Shown in pieces: positions 52,516 through 62,448 of a stretch of DNA of 64,000 bases. Both the position numbers and the translations under genes were made by a program. The notes under the pieces were generated by a model. It saw only the letters and a program-made list of their open reading frames with translations. It ran no database searches and was not told the DNA's origin. Source of the DNA: a bacterium (GTDB lineage: Bacteria > SZUA-79 > Acidulodesulfobacterales > Acidulodesulfobacteraceae); contig JAJZJX010000002.1 in assembly GCA_021850985.1 (NCBI GenBank), positions 14,652 to 78,651 of the forward strand. The letters are read 5' to 3'. Each line of letters starts with the position of its first letter. Positions within the stretch are counted from its first letter, which is position 1.

Positions 52516-55260
52516 TTAAATACTCGGAAGACCCTCTCCCAGACTAAACTGTATTCTGGTATCGTTGTTGCCGTTAATAGGCGACCCGAGTATCTTTCCG
52601 TAGGTAATGGTAATAGGTCCGAACGGCGAATACCAGTTGAACCCTATACCTGCCGCCTGAACCAAATTTATCGGGAATACCGGTTCGCTCTGCAGCCAAG
52701 CATTACCGGCATTCCACCACAAAAATCCGTAAAATTTCATCTGTTTTAAAATAGGTATAAAATATTTCGCCTGAACCGTAAACATTTTAGTGCCGCCTAC
52801 TAAATTTCCGTCTTCGGACGGACCGACAGAATCGTACATAAAACCCAAAAGAGGATAATTGTTCATTATACCGCCGACGAAAAACCGTTGGTATATAGGA
52901 AGAGGATAAGAAGAGTTAGTCCCCGTTATATAACCCAACTGAGCCCCCTGCATAAAGGAAGTCCCCCACCACAACGGAATGTAATGATTAGCCTGAACTA
53001 CGTATTTAACGAAATCGTCGTTTCCGCCTATAGGAGGTCCGGCATAACTTACTCTAAAACTGTCCATATCGCCTGCAGTGGGTACTATAGGATTGTTTAA
53101 CGTATTATAAACCGTCGTCAAAGAAACTTCGCTGGTCGTAACCTTACCCTCAGGCAATATATTTGTAAGACCCTGTATTATCACCGAATTATCCTGCTCT
53201 AACAAGTATCTAAAATATTCCGTCAATACGTTGCCGTATAAAGGATAACCGAAAGTTACCGAACCGCCGACCGAACGGTAGGCGAATTCGTAATAAAGGG
53301 AGTTAAACGTATCGTATAACGACAGGCTTGCCGATAACGGCCTTGCGAAAATATAAGTAAGATACGGCTGAAGCACATTAAAACTGTACGACTGGTAAGG
53401 TCCGCCGGCCTGAACGTTAATAGACGCCGAAATTCCCGTTCCGAAAAGATTGGATTCCGATATAGACGATATAGCCATAAAAGACGTAGCCGAACTGTAG
53501 CCGCCGCCTATGGTAAATTTACCGGTACTCTGTTCTTTTACATGCACTTTAACGTTTAATATATTCTTACCGGGCACTTTTTCCGTGGTTATAGTAACAT
53601 GCTTGAAATACATCAAGTTTTTTAAATTCTGCCTCGATATTTTTATAAGCTTAGGATTGTATTTTTCGCCGGGATAAAGCACGAGCGCCCTTAAGATAAC
53701 ATAGCTGTATGTAATATCGTTTCCGGTAATAGTAATTTTACCGAATTTCGCAATTTTACCTTTATGGACTATTAAAGACACCAATACGGAACTGGTCTTG
53801 CGTTTTATTTTAATAGACGGCTGGACGTTTGCAAAAGCATAACCCTTATCGGTATAATATTTAGTTATACTTAAAATTTCTTTTTCTATATTTTTTCTGT
53901 TAAATATAGAACCGGGTTTCGTAATGATAAGCCTCTCTACTGCAGGATATTCCTTAGAATTTTGTTTAACGCCTTTAATAATCAGCTTTACTGCCGAAAC
54001 CCTGAATTGCGGTCCTTGAATGATTCTAATAATAATAGTTACGTATTTTTTGTCTTTCGAAAATATAAAGATAGGTTTTTTTACACTGACTTGAATATAT
54101 CCGTGATTATAATAAAAGCTAAGAAGCTTAATAATCTGGGTATTTAATCTTGCTTTTTTAAATTTTCCCGCTCCGGTTATCCAAGTAAGAAGATTTACCG
54201 TTTTAATGCCCATTACCGAAGTAAGCTTTGCCGAAGAAAACGACGTATTTCCTCTGAATTCTACTTTATTAACCATTACAGGCTGATTCTGATTTATTAC
54301 AAAATTGACGGATACGTAGTTTCCAGGAAGAATTCTCTTCTTTACTTTTACTTTCGCGTTATAATAGCCCTCCGCAGAATATATGAATTTTAATATTTTT
54401 ACAGCTTTATCTATTTCATATGAACTGTATGGTTTTTCAGGCTTTACGTTTATAATTTTCTTGATCTTTTTAACGCTTACCGAACCGTTTCCTGTATATT
54501 TTATAGACTTTATGAGGGGTCTTTCTGAAACTATAAATGTAATTAAAAGCTGATTTCCATAAGGCTTAACATTAACTAAAATATTTTTAAAGTATCCTGT
54601 CTTGTATAGCTTTTTTACGCTGTCGTTAATTTTTTTAATAGAATATTCGCCGCCTTTATTAACTTCAATACGGTTCATTATAAAACCTTTACCAACCCTA
54701 ACGTTTCCTTTGACTCTTACGGCATATATAGTTTTGTTAAAAACGCTTCTTTTCGGAATAATATTTTTTTTTATATTATCATATATAAAATTAGATACTT
54801 TTAAAGACAATAAATCGGTTTCCTTATTAAACTGCTTTTTACCGCTGCCGGATAAATTAACGGTTTTAGACTTATAAACGTTCGATACGTCTACAAACAT
54901 AGCGTGGACTGTAAAATTAGAACCGAGCCTCGTAATGCTTCCGGTGATAACGTAATTCGAACGATAAACTATACCGAGTTTTTTTATTCGGACTAAGTTT
55001 ATTTTTTTGTCGTAGTTAAAATAAGGTTTGGTTTTTAATTTAGTATAGGCAAAAACAAAATAAGGCTTTCCAGAATTTAAATATTTTTTAAAACTTTCGG
55101 AAAAAGATTTTTTTATGGATGTTAAAGCAGGTGAGCCTTTCTGATAAAAAAAACCCGTCCAGACGTTCTTATTGTTCAGCGCCGCATATGCGTTAATCGA
55201 ATTTAAAATAAAAACGCCGGCTATAATAATTCCTAAAAATATCTGCTTAAAAAATTTCAT
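52516..55260 (-). CDS. bamA: Outer membrane protein assembly factor BamA with extra N-terminal domain of about 150 aa
   Basis: 914 aa. Signal peptide; POTRA repeats start near aa 178 (TIYAVRVKGNVRV); C-terminal Omp85 barrel ending ...DTRIQFSLGEGLPSI. Confidence 0.92.
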   Translation of the reverse strand: MKFFKQIFLGIIIAGVFILNSINAYAALNNKNVWTGFFYQKGSPALTSIKKSFSESFKKYLNSGKPYFVFAYTKLKTKPYFNYDKKINLVRIKKLGIVYRSNYVITGSITRLGSNFTVHAMFVDVSNVYKSKTVNLSGSGKKQFNKETDLLSLKVSNFIYDNIKKNIIPKRSVFNKTIYAVRVKGNVRVGKGFIMNRIEVNKGGEYSIKKINDSVKKLYKTGYFKNILVNVKPYGNQLLITFIVSERPLIKSIKYTGNGSVSVKKIKKIINVKPEKPYSSYEIDKAVKILKFIYSAEGYYNAKVKVKKRILPGNYVSVNFVINQNQPVMVNKVEFRGNTSFSSAKLTSVMGIKTVNLLTWITGAGKFKKARLNTQIIKLLSFYYNHGYIQVSVKKPIFIFSKDKKYVTIIIRIIQGPQFRVSAVKLIIKGVKQNSKEYPAVERLIITKPGSIFNRKNIEKEILSITKYYTDKGYAFANVQPSIKIKRKTSSVLVSLIVHKGKIAKFGKITITGNDITYSYVILRALVLYPGEKYNPKLIKISRQNLKNLMYFKHVTITTEKVPGKNILNVKVHVKEQSTGKFTIGGGYSSATSFMAISSISESNLFGTGISASINVQAGGPYQSYSFNVLQPYLTYIFARPLSASLSLYDTFNSLYYEFAYRSVGGSVTFGYPLYGNVLTEYFRYLLEQDNSVIIQGLTNILPEGKVTTSEVSLTTVYNTLNNPIVPTAGDMDSFRVSYAGPPIGGNDDFVKYVVQANHYIPLWWGTSFMQGAQLGYITGTNSSYPLPIYQRFFVGGIMNNYPLLGFMYDSVGPSEDGNLVGGTKMFTVQAKYFIPILKQMKFYGFLWWNAGNAWLQSEPVFPINLVQAAGIGFNWYSPFGPITITYGKILGSPINGNNDTRIQFSLGEGLPSI

Positions 55261-55311
55261 TTTAATAAACTATCAAATATTAGTGAATAAGTCAATTCAT
55301 ATTATACAAAT

Positions 55312-55992
55312 TTACTCTTCTATTAACCCGCCGGAAATTTTTATTTTACGGCTCATCATGGCGGAAAAATTAGCATCGTGAGTAACTACGGCAAGGGTTT
55401 TTCCGTATTTCTTGTTAAGCCCGATAATTATCTCATGAAGTTTTTCGGCGTGGCGCGGGTCGAGATTGCCTGTAGGTTCGTCCATTAATATAACCTCGGG
55501 AGAGCATACGAGCGCCCTTGCAATAGCCGCTCTCTGCTGTTCCCCGCCTGAAAGCATATACGGTTTAAAATTAAGCCTGTTTTCGAGACCCATTTCGCAA
55601 AGATAATCCTTTGCAATTTTAAACGCCGCATTTTTATTTTCTTTTCTTATGAGTAAAGGCATAGCCGCATTTTCTAAACAGCTGAACTCGTTTAAAAGAT
55701 AGTGAAATTGAAAAACAAAACCTATATTTTTATTTCTGAAACGTGCAAGATTTTCGTCGGAAAGGGAATAAACGTCTGATAGGCCGAAATATTCGATGTT
55801 TCCCGAATCCGGTTTAAGCAGGGTTCCCATTATATGCAGAAGCGTGCTTTTTCCCGTGCCGGATTCTCCGGTAATTGCAACCGCATCGCCTTTTTTTATT
55901 TCAAAATCGGCTTCGTTTAAAATATTTACGGTTTCATTTCCCGCCTTAAAAATCTTGACTATTTTTTTTAATGAAACGGCTGCATTACTCAT
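55312..55992 (-). CDS. lolD: Lipoprotein-releasing ABC transporter ATP-binding protein
   Basis: Walker A GESGTGKST, signature LSGGEQQR, Walker B ILMDEPTGNLD. 8-nt overlap with the upstream permease gene. Confidence 0.9.
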   Translation of the reverse strand: MSNAAVSLKKIVKIFKAGNETVNILNEADFEIKKGDAVAITGESGTGKSTLLHIMGTLLKPDSGNIEYFGLSDVYSLSDENLARFRNKNIGFVFQFHYLLNEFSCLENAAMPLLIRKENKNAAFKIAKDYLCEMGLENRLNFKPYMLSGGEQQRAAIARALVCSPEVILMDEPTGNLDPRHAEKLHEIIIGLNKKYGKTLAVVTHDANFSAMMSRKIKISGGLIEE

Positions 55993-57220
55993 ATCTTACT
56001 CCCTCGGCAGGGTCTATTTTACCGGCTTTATAAGAAGGGTACAGGGTAGCTATAAAACTTAAAAATATTGAGCAAAAACCTATAATTATAAATTCTCCGA
56101 CTGTCATCCTTACCGGCAGGGCGGTTATATAGTAAACCGAGGAGGGCAGGCTTATTATATGATAAGTTTCTTCCAAATATCCTATTAAAAATCCGGATAT
56201 GAGTCCGAGGGCGGTTCCTATGCATCCTATTATAAGACCCTGGGCGATAAAAATAATCATTATATCTTTAGACGAAGCTCCTATTGATTTTAACACCGCT
56301 ATATCTTTTCTTTTTTCCATAACGACCATTATAAGCGTCGAGATAATATTGAACGCCGCCACTAAAACTATCAGGAACAGTATTACGAACATCGTAAGTT
56401 TTTCTAATTTTATTGCGGAAAATAAATTTTTATTCAATTCTTCCCAGCTTAAAGCGTAATAAGAAGATTCCGCCGTGCCTGCGTTTAATTTATTTGCAAT
56501 TTTTTTCGCAAGGGCATTTGCCGAACCCAATCTGTTTAATTTTACCTCGAGTCCGGTAACGGTGCGCGAAGACAGCCCTATAAAATTCTGGGCGTTTTTG
56601 ACGGATATAAAAGAAAAGGTGGAATCGTAATTATACATTCCGCTGTTTATTATGCCGCAAACGGTAAACCGTTCCGTCTTAGGCATAACGCCGAAAGGAG
56701 TTATGCGCCCTTCGGGCGAAATTATCGTAACCCTGTCTCCGACGGAAACTCCGAGATTTTGCGCTAAAACTTTTCCGAGAACTATTTCATTTTCGTTTTC
56801 GGCGTTTAAACCGGACAGACTGCCTTTTATCAAATATTTTTTTAAATCGGTAACTTTTTCTTCGGAATTGACGTCTATACCCCTCAACACGCTTCCCGTA
56901 GAGGTGCTTGAAGAAGTTATCATGACGTCCGTGTATATAAAAGGAGATACGTCTTTTACACCTTTAACGGATTTTATTTTTTTTATTGCGCTTTTATAGT
57001 TATTTACAAAGCCGTTATAATTTAAAACTATAACCTGCGACTCTATGCCTATGACTTTTTTTTCCAAAGCATGGTCGAAACCGCTCATTACGGATATAAC
57101 TACGATAAGAGCCATTACTCCTATAGTTATTCCCATTACCGATATTAAACTAAGAAGCGATATAAAAGAATTATTCTTCGGCTTTAAATAATGCAGGGCT
57201 ATTTTAGTATGAAAGCTCAT
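55985..57220 (-). CDS. lolC: Lipoprotein-releasing system permease LolC/LolE (FtsX/MacB type)
   Basis: 411 aa. TM1, a large periplasmic domain, then three C-terminal TMs (FtsX domain). IAVLKSIGAS motif. Confidence 0.88.
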   Translation of the reverse strand: MSFHTKIALHYLKPKNNSFISLLSLISVMGITIGVMALIVVISVMSGFDHALEKKVIGIESQVIVLNYNGFVNNYKSAIKKIKSVKGVKDVSPFIYTDVMITSSSTSTGSVLRGIDVNSEEKVTDLKKYLIKGSLSGLNAENENEIVLGKVLAQNLGVSVGDRVTIISPEGRITPFGVMPKTERFTVCGIINSGMYNYDSTFSFISVKNAQNFIGLSSRTVTGLEVKLNRLGSANALAKKIANKLNAGTAESSYYALSWEELNKNLFSAIKLEKLTMFVILFLIVLVAAFNIISTLIMVVMEKRKDIAVLKSIGASSKDIMIIFIAQGLIIGCIGTALGLISGFLIGYLEETYHIISLPSSVYYITALPVRMTVGEFIIIGFCSIFLSFIATLYPSYKAGKIDPAEGVRYE

Positions 57221-57258
57221 TATTATGCAGTTAATTTAATTGATTTTGTAAATTTAAT

Positions 57259-58746
57259 TTATTTAACGGGCTTTAGCAGCGGAAATAATATAACGTCCCT
57301 TATAGAGTGAGAATTCGTCAAGAGCATAACCACTCTGTCTATGCCTATTCCGCATCCCGCAGTAGGAGGAAGCCCCTGCTTTAAAGCTTCGATATAATCG
57401 TCATCCATTTCTGCCGGCAAACCTTCTTTAATTTTTGTTTCTACCTGCATTTTAAAACGTTCTTCCTGATCGAGCGGGTCGTTCAGCTCCGAAAACCCGT
57501 TTCCTATCTCCCTTCCTGCTATAAAAAGCTCGAACCTTTCGGTCACCGAAACGTCTTTATCGTTTCGCCTCGCAAGCGGGGAGCTTTCTACCGGATAATC
57601 GGTAATAAAAGTGGGATTTATAAGTTTAGGCTCCACAGTTTCGTCGAATAAAATAGTTAATAGCTCTCCGAGACTGTCCGTTTTGCTTATACCGGGAGTG
57701 TTTCTTTTCGTCAAAATATCGAAAACTTTTTCTGCGTCGTCTATTTCTTCCGTTTTAAATCCGCCGATTTCTATTAAGCTGTCTTTAAGTTTAATTTTTT
57801 TAAAAGGCGGCTTAAAATTCAATTTTTCCGTTCCGTACTCTATCTCGTAATTGCCGCAAATTTTTAACGCAAGTTCGGACATCATTTTTTCGACGAATTC
57901 CATAAGCGAAGTGTTTTCGGAGTATGCCGTGTAAAATTCAAGCATCGTAAACTCGGGATTATGACGTACGGATATTCCTTCGTTCCTGAAATTCCTTCCT
58001 ATTTCGTAAACGCGGTCGAATCCTCCAACTACGAGCCTTTTTAAATATAATTCCGGGGCTATTCTCATATAAAGTTCTAAATTAAGAGCATTATGATGGG
58101 TTTTAAAAGGCCTTGCGGTAGCTCCGCCGGGATTAGCCTGCATCATAGGAGTTTCTACTTCTAGAAAATCGTTTGCGTCTAAAAAAGATCTGAAAAATCT
58201 TATGGTTTCGGCTCTTTTCTTAAAAATTTCCCTGACTTCCTGATTCGCTATTAAATCGACGTACCTTTTTCTAAAACGGGCTTCGATATCTTTAAGTCCG
58301 TGCCATTTTTCCGGAAGAGAGAGCAAAGACTTCGTTAAAATATGAATGCTTTCTACTTTGATAGTCAGTTCGTCGGTTTTCGTCCTGAAAAGATGCCCTT
58401 TTACGCCGCAAATATCGCCTGCGTCCATATACTCTTTAAACAGTTCGAAATCTTGTTCCGGTATTCCGTCTTTCTGGATATAGCACTGGATTTCTCCGAA
58501 ACCGTCCCTGATCCTGAAAAAAGCCGCCTTGCCGAAACTTCTTATGATGATTATTCTTCCTGCGGTTTCCGCTTCTACCCTGTTGTTTTCAAAAAAGTCT
58601 TTATCTTTTCCGCCGAATTTTTCTATTATATTCTTTATATTTTCCTTTTTTTCAAAATCGTTTGAAAAAGGGTTGATTCCTTTTTCTTTCAATTTATTTA
58701 ATTTGTCTAAACGATTATTCTCCAAAACGTTTAATTCCTGTTCCAA
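57259..58746 (-). CDS. lysS: Lysyl-tRNA synthetase, class II
   Basis: 495 aa. N-terminal OB anticodon-binding domain; motif 2 FRNEGISVRHNPEFT; motif 3 GCGIGIDRVVMLL. Confidence 0.96.
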   Translation of the reverse strand: MEQELNVLENNRLDKLNKLKEKGINPFSNDFEKKENIKNIIEKFGGKDKDFFENNRVEAETAGRIIIIRSFGKAAFFRIRDGFGEIQCYIQKDGIPEQDFELFKEYMDAGDICGVKGHLFRTKTDELTIKVESIHILTKSLLSLPEKWHGLKDIEARFRKRYVDLIANQEVREIFKKRAETIRFFRSFLDANDFLEVETPMMQANPGGATARPFKTHHNALNLELYMRIAPELYLKRLVVGGFDRVYEIGRNFRNEGISVRHNPEFTMLEFYTAYSENTSLMEFVEKMMSELALKICGNYEIEYGTEKLNFKPPFKKIKLKDSLIEIGGFKTEEIDDAEKVFDILTKRNTPGISKTDSLGELLTILFDETVEPKLINPTFITDYPVESSPLARRNDKDVSVTERFELFIAGREIGNGFSELNDPLDQEERFKMQVETKIKEGLPAEMDDDYIEALKQGLPPTAGCGIGIDRVVMLLTNSHSIRDVILFPLLKPVK

Positions 58747-58757
58747 TGTTTTCCTCC

Positions 58758-59898
58758 TTATTCCTTTGCTCTTACGCCCAGCAGATAAGCGCTTATAAAT
58801 TCGTCGATGTCGCCGTCGAAAACACTTTTGTCGTCGTATATTGTAACCCCCGTCCTGTGGTCTTTAATGACGCGGTTTGGATTGAGGGTATAAGACCTTA
58901 TCTGCGAACCCCAAGATATCTCTTTTTTTGTTTTGTTTACTTTATCCTCTTCCTCTTCCTGCTTTTTTTTGTAATAATCGTAAAGCCTTGCTCTTAAAAG
59001 TTTATATGCGGAATCTTTGTTTTTATGCTGAGACCTTTCGTTCTGGCAGGCGACAACTATGCCGGTCGGAATATGCGTCAGCCTGACGGCTGAATCGGTA
59101 GTATTGACATGCTGTCCGCCTGCTCCGCTGGAACGGTAAGTATCTATTTTAACGTCTTTTTCGTCTATAACGACGTCGATAGAATCGTCTATTTCGGGAT
59201 AAACAAATACCGAAGCAAAAGAAGTGTGCCTTCTTTTATTTGCGTCGAAAGGTGAAATCCTTACTAACCTGTGAACGCCGCTTTCCGCCTTAAGATAACC
59301 GTAGGCATATTTACCGTGGACGGTAAAAGTAACGCTTTTGACTCCAGCTTCTTCGCCTGCGTTAAACTCCATTATAGCCGTTTTAAATTTTCTGCGCTCC
59401 GCCCACCTGAGATACATTCTCAAAAGCATATTTGCAAAATCCATTGATTCCGTTCCGCCGGATCCCGCATGAATTTCTACTATAGCATCAAGTTTATCGT
59501 CTTTTCCCGAAAGCGTAGTATCCAATTCCAAAACTGATACGCTTTTTTCTAAAGTTTTTACGCCGACGAAAATATCTTCAAGCATTTTTTCGTCGTTTTC
59601 TTCTATAGAAATATCATATAGATCTTTTATGTTTTTAAACTCTTCGTAAACCGAATAAAAAGGTTTAAGCTTATTTTCTATTGCCGATTTTTCTATTAAT
59701 ATTTCTTTTGAATAATTTATATCTTTATAAAAATCTTCTTTTGAAGAAATTTCTTCTATTTCTTTAAGTCTTTTTTCCGATAAATCTACTTCAAAGCACC
59801 CTCCGCAGTTTTTCCAATTTTTCTTCGAGGGTTTTAAGGCTTCTTTCCAAAAAACTTATATTAAAAAGCGAATCGCCCTGCGCTGAAGTTATAGCCAT
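58758..59898 (-). CDS. prfB: Peptide chain release factor 2, requiring a programmed +1 frameshift at codon 36
   Basis: The track shows only the 3' ORF (58758-59585, with SPF and GGQ: RSSGAGGQHVNTTDSAVR). My translation from ATG 59898 (GGAGG 9 nt upstream) gives MAITSAQGDSLFNISFLERSLKTLEEKLEKLRRVL followed by TGA. Shifting +1 at CTT TGA continues in frame as EVDLSEKRLKEIEE...MLEDIF... Confidence 0.92.
59791..59804 (-). promoter_or_regulatory. RF2 autoregulatory +1 frameshift cassette
   Basis: Minus strand reads GGAGGG TG CTT TGA A. There is an internal SD-like GGAGGG (59804-59799) 2 nt before the slippery CTT (59796-59794) and an in-frame UGA (59793-59791), the same architecture as the E. coli prfB site. 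Confidence 0.9.
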
Positions 59899-59938
59899 TT
59901 AAAAACCTCCGGATAAGTATATCTTTTAAAATTTAACT

Positions 59939-61516
59939 TTAGTTTTTTCTATAAATATTTAATGCGGGAAAAAGTTTTAATATCAAAACGTATAACATTG
60001 AAATTATAAAAACAATATCTGATATATAAGCAAATATATTACCATATAATGCAAAAAAAGTCTTTCTATTAATTAATTTAACGTAACCTATCATATAAGT
60101 CCGCTTAAATATCTGCGTATCACTTAAAATTTTCCCGACCGGCGATATTATTCCGCTTACACCTGAATTTCCGGCTCTGGCGATAAATCTTTCGTTTTCA
60201 ACAGCCGGAAAAACGGTCATAGACATATCCTGATAAGGAGCGGAGGTTTTTCCGTACCATGCATCGTCCGTAATACTTACGAAAAGATTTGCGCCTTTTT
60301 TGGGAAAATGTCTTACGAGCCCGTCAAAATAAGCTTCATAGCATATCATAGAACCTATTTTTAACTTGCCGTTTTTTAAAATCCTGAATTTTTTGCCCGC
60401 AGTAAAGTTTCCTATTCCCGCTCCTCTTAAAATATGCGCCAGAAAAGGCAGCTGTTTCTTTAAAGGTATATATTCCCCGAAAGGGACTAAATGATGTTTG
60501 TCGTAATAGTAATAATTTCCTTTATCGGTAAACATATAGTCCCTGTTATAATAATGAAATTTTCCGTTAAAAAATTTAAACCCTATAGCGCCGAAAACCA
60601 TATCTATTTTATGCTTTTCGGCGAATCCCATAACCTTGTTCCAGTAAAAAGGATAAACCGAGATAATATATGGTAACGCTGTTTCAGGCCATATAACCAG
60701 CTGAGGTTTATATTTTAAAGACTGCTTAGTCAATTGAAGATATATATGCGTCGTTCTTTTTTTCGTTATTTTCCATTTTTGGAACATCCCTATATTTCCT
60801 TGAATCAGGGCGACTCTCAACGGCTTTTTATGTTTAACGAGTTTATCGACCGAATATATATTATAATAACCGTATAGTATTACGAAAATAAAAACCGATA
60901 TAACGGAAAAAAGTTCAAATAACGCCCGTTTTTTTGAAAGTCCGCTTTTTAAAAAAATAAAGCTGAATATTGCATAATTAACAAGCACTATTATAAAAGA
61001 TAACCCGAAGACGCCGATAATATTTGAAATTTGTATAAAAGGTATGTTTAAATACTGCGAACAGCCTAAGTTTTCCCATGGAAAACCGGTCAACAGTTTA
61101 GATTTCAAAAACTCGAAAAAAACCCAGTTTGAAGGGATTAGAATAAAGCTTAATTTTTTATAACGGTTTAATATAATTTTAGAAAAACCGGCAAACAATG
61201 CTATGTAAAGAGCCAGATAAGAAGCAAGCAGAAGAAGAGCAAAAACCGCTATATAGTAAGGAAGACCGCCGAATTTGCTTACGGTATAAACTATCCAGTA
61301 AAGTATAATTACGTATGAAACTATACCGGCAATAAAACCGTATAAAAAAGATTCTTTAAAGCCCTTAGATTTACGGACGGCGTATAAAAGAGGGACTAAC
61401 GCAATCCAAGCGAGAAATTCAAAGTTGAAAAGAGGAAACAAAAGGGCTATTATAACTCCAGACGATATTGCCAAGGATATATTCTTTATTTTATAGTTCC
61501 GCAAAATATCTTTCAC
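59939..61516 (-). CDS. lnt: Apolipoprotein N-acyltransferase
   Basis: 525 aa. Multi-TM N-terminus and a CN-hydrolase domain with VIWPETALP, YDKHHLVPFGEYIP and SMICYEA (E-K-C triad). Confidence 0.92.
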   Translation of the reverse strand: MKDILRNYKIKNISLAISSGVIIALLFPLFNFEFLAWIALVPLLYAVRKSKGFKESFLYGFIAGIVSYVIILYWIVYTVSKFGGLPYYIAVFALLLLASYLALYIALFAGFSKIILNRYKKLSFILIPSNWVFFEFLKSKLLTGFPWENLGCSQYLNIPFIQISNIIGVFGLSFIIVLVNYAIFSFIFLKSGLSKKRALFELFSVISVFIFVILYGYYNIYSVDKLVKHKKPLRVALIQGNIGMFQKWKITKKRTTHIYLQLTKQSLKYKPQLVIWPETALPYIISVYPFYWNKVMGFAEKHKIDMVFGAIGFKFFNGKFHYYNRDYMFTDKGNYYYYDKHHLVPFGEYIPLKKQLPFLAHILRGAGIGNFTAGKKFRILKNGKLKIGSMICYEAYFDGLVRHFPKKGANLFVSITDDAWYGKTSAPYQDMSMTVFPAVENERFIARAGNSGVSGIISPVGKILSDTQIFKRTYMIGYVKLINRKTFFALYGNIFAYISDIVFIISMLYVLILKLFPALNIYRKN

Positions 61517-61518
61517 TA

Positions 61519-62361
61519 TTAAACACCCTTTTTAGCAGATTCCCATAATTCGTCCAAGCTTTCGGCATCTAATTGCGAAAGCGGCTTTTCAGCTTTTTCC
61601 TCCATATATCCGAATCTTTTTATAAATTTATCCGTGGATTTATTTAAAGCCGGGCAGGGATGAATATCTAAAAGCCTTCCCAGATTTACGAGCGAAAATA
61701 AGATATCGCCGTATTCCTCGGTTATTTTATTTTTATTTTCGTCTTTACCTGCATTGCCGCTTTTACGCAGTTCTTCTTTAAATTCCTCTATCTCTTCATA
61801 TACTTTTTTGAAAGCCCCTTCGGCGTCCGCAAAGTCTAAACCCTGTCTTTTAGCTTTTTCCTGAACCATATATGCCCTATGCAGAGACGGCATAGATTCC
61901 GAAATATATACGGACGGTTTTTTAGGAACGACAGGTTTATTTTTTGATTTTTCCTTCTTTTCTTCCCCTTTAATCCTTTCCCAGTTTCTAAGTATAACGT
62001 CTTCAAGGCATTCGCCTTCTTTTAAAGAAAAATTTTCGTCAAAAACATGAGGGTGTCTTCTTATAAGTTTTTTGTTTACAGTCTCTATAACGTCGTCTAT
62101 AGAAAACTCTTTTTTATCGGCATAAATATCCGATAAAAAAACGACCTGGAGAAGAAGGTCGCCGAGTTCTTCCATTATTTCGATTTTATCGCCGGAACCT
62201 ATAGCTTCGACGACTTCGTAAGCTTCTTCTATGATATAGGGTTTTAAAGTTTCTTCGGTCTGTTTCCTGTCCCATGGACAGCCGCTTTCAGACCTTAGTT
62301 TTTTAACTATTTCTATAAGTCCGTCAAGTTTATCGGTTTTTTGTTTTTCTTTTTCAGCCAT
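61519..62361 (-). CDS. mazG: Nucleoside triphosphate pyrophosphohydrolase MazG (tandem MazG domains)
   Basis: GCPWDRKQTEETLKPYIIEEAYEVVEAI plus a second EExGDxLF-type domain (EEYGDILFSLVNLGR). The Lys-rich linker is longer than usual. Confidence 0.9.
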   Translation of the reverse strand: MAEKEKQKTDKLDGLIEIVKKLRSESGCPWDRKQTEETLKPYIIEEAYEVVEAIGSGDKIEIMEELGDLLLQVVFLSDIYADKKEFSIDDVIETVNKKLIRRHPHVFDENFSLKEGECLEDVILRNWERIKGEEKKEKSKNKPVVPKKPSVYISESMPSLHRAYMVQEKAKRQGLDFADAEGAFKKVYEEIEEFKEELRKSGNAGKDENKNKITEEYGDILFSLVNLGRLLDIHPCPALNKSTDKFIKRFGYMEEKAEKPLSQLDAESLDELWESAKKGV

Positions 62362-62373
62362 TATTTCTCCTCT

Positions 62374-62446
62374 TTTGTGACGGGGACAGAATTGAATTCT
62401 ATCCTTTCCAATTTGTGACGGTGCCAGAATTGAATTATGGCACCGT
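62374..62446. repeat. Two tandem diverged family-A units
   Basis: TTTGTGACGGGGACAGAATTgAATTCTATCC... followed by TTTGTGACGGTGCCAGAATTgAATTATGGCACCGT. The second unit keeps the hairpin through paired substitutions. Located in the mazG / dgkA-PAP2 spacer. Confidence 0.85.
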
Positions 62447-62448
62447 AT

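Noticed and set aside
2859-62446. Possibility that the dispersed repeats are a CRISPR array or arrays
   Set aside because: The copies are scattered one per intergenic spacer and are tens of kb apart. They have no regular repeat-spacer periodicity, and there are no cas genes in the window.
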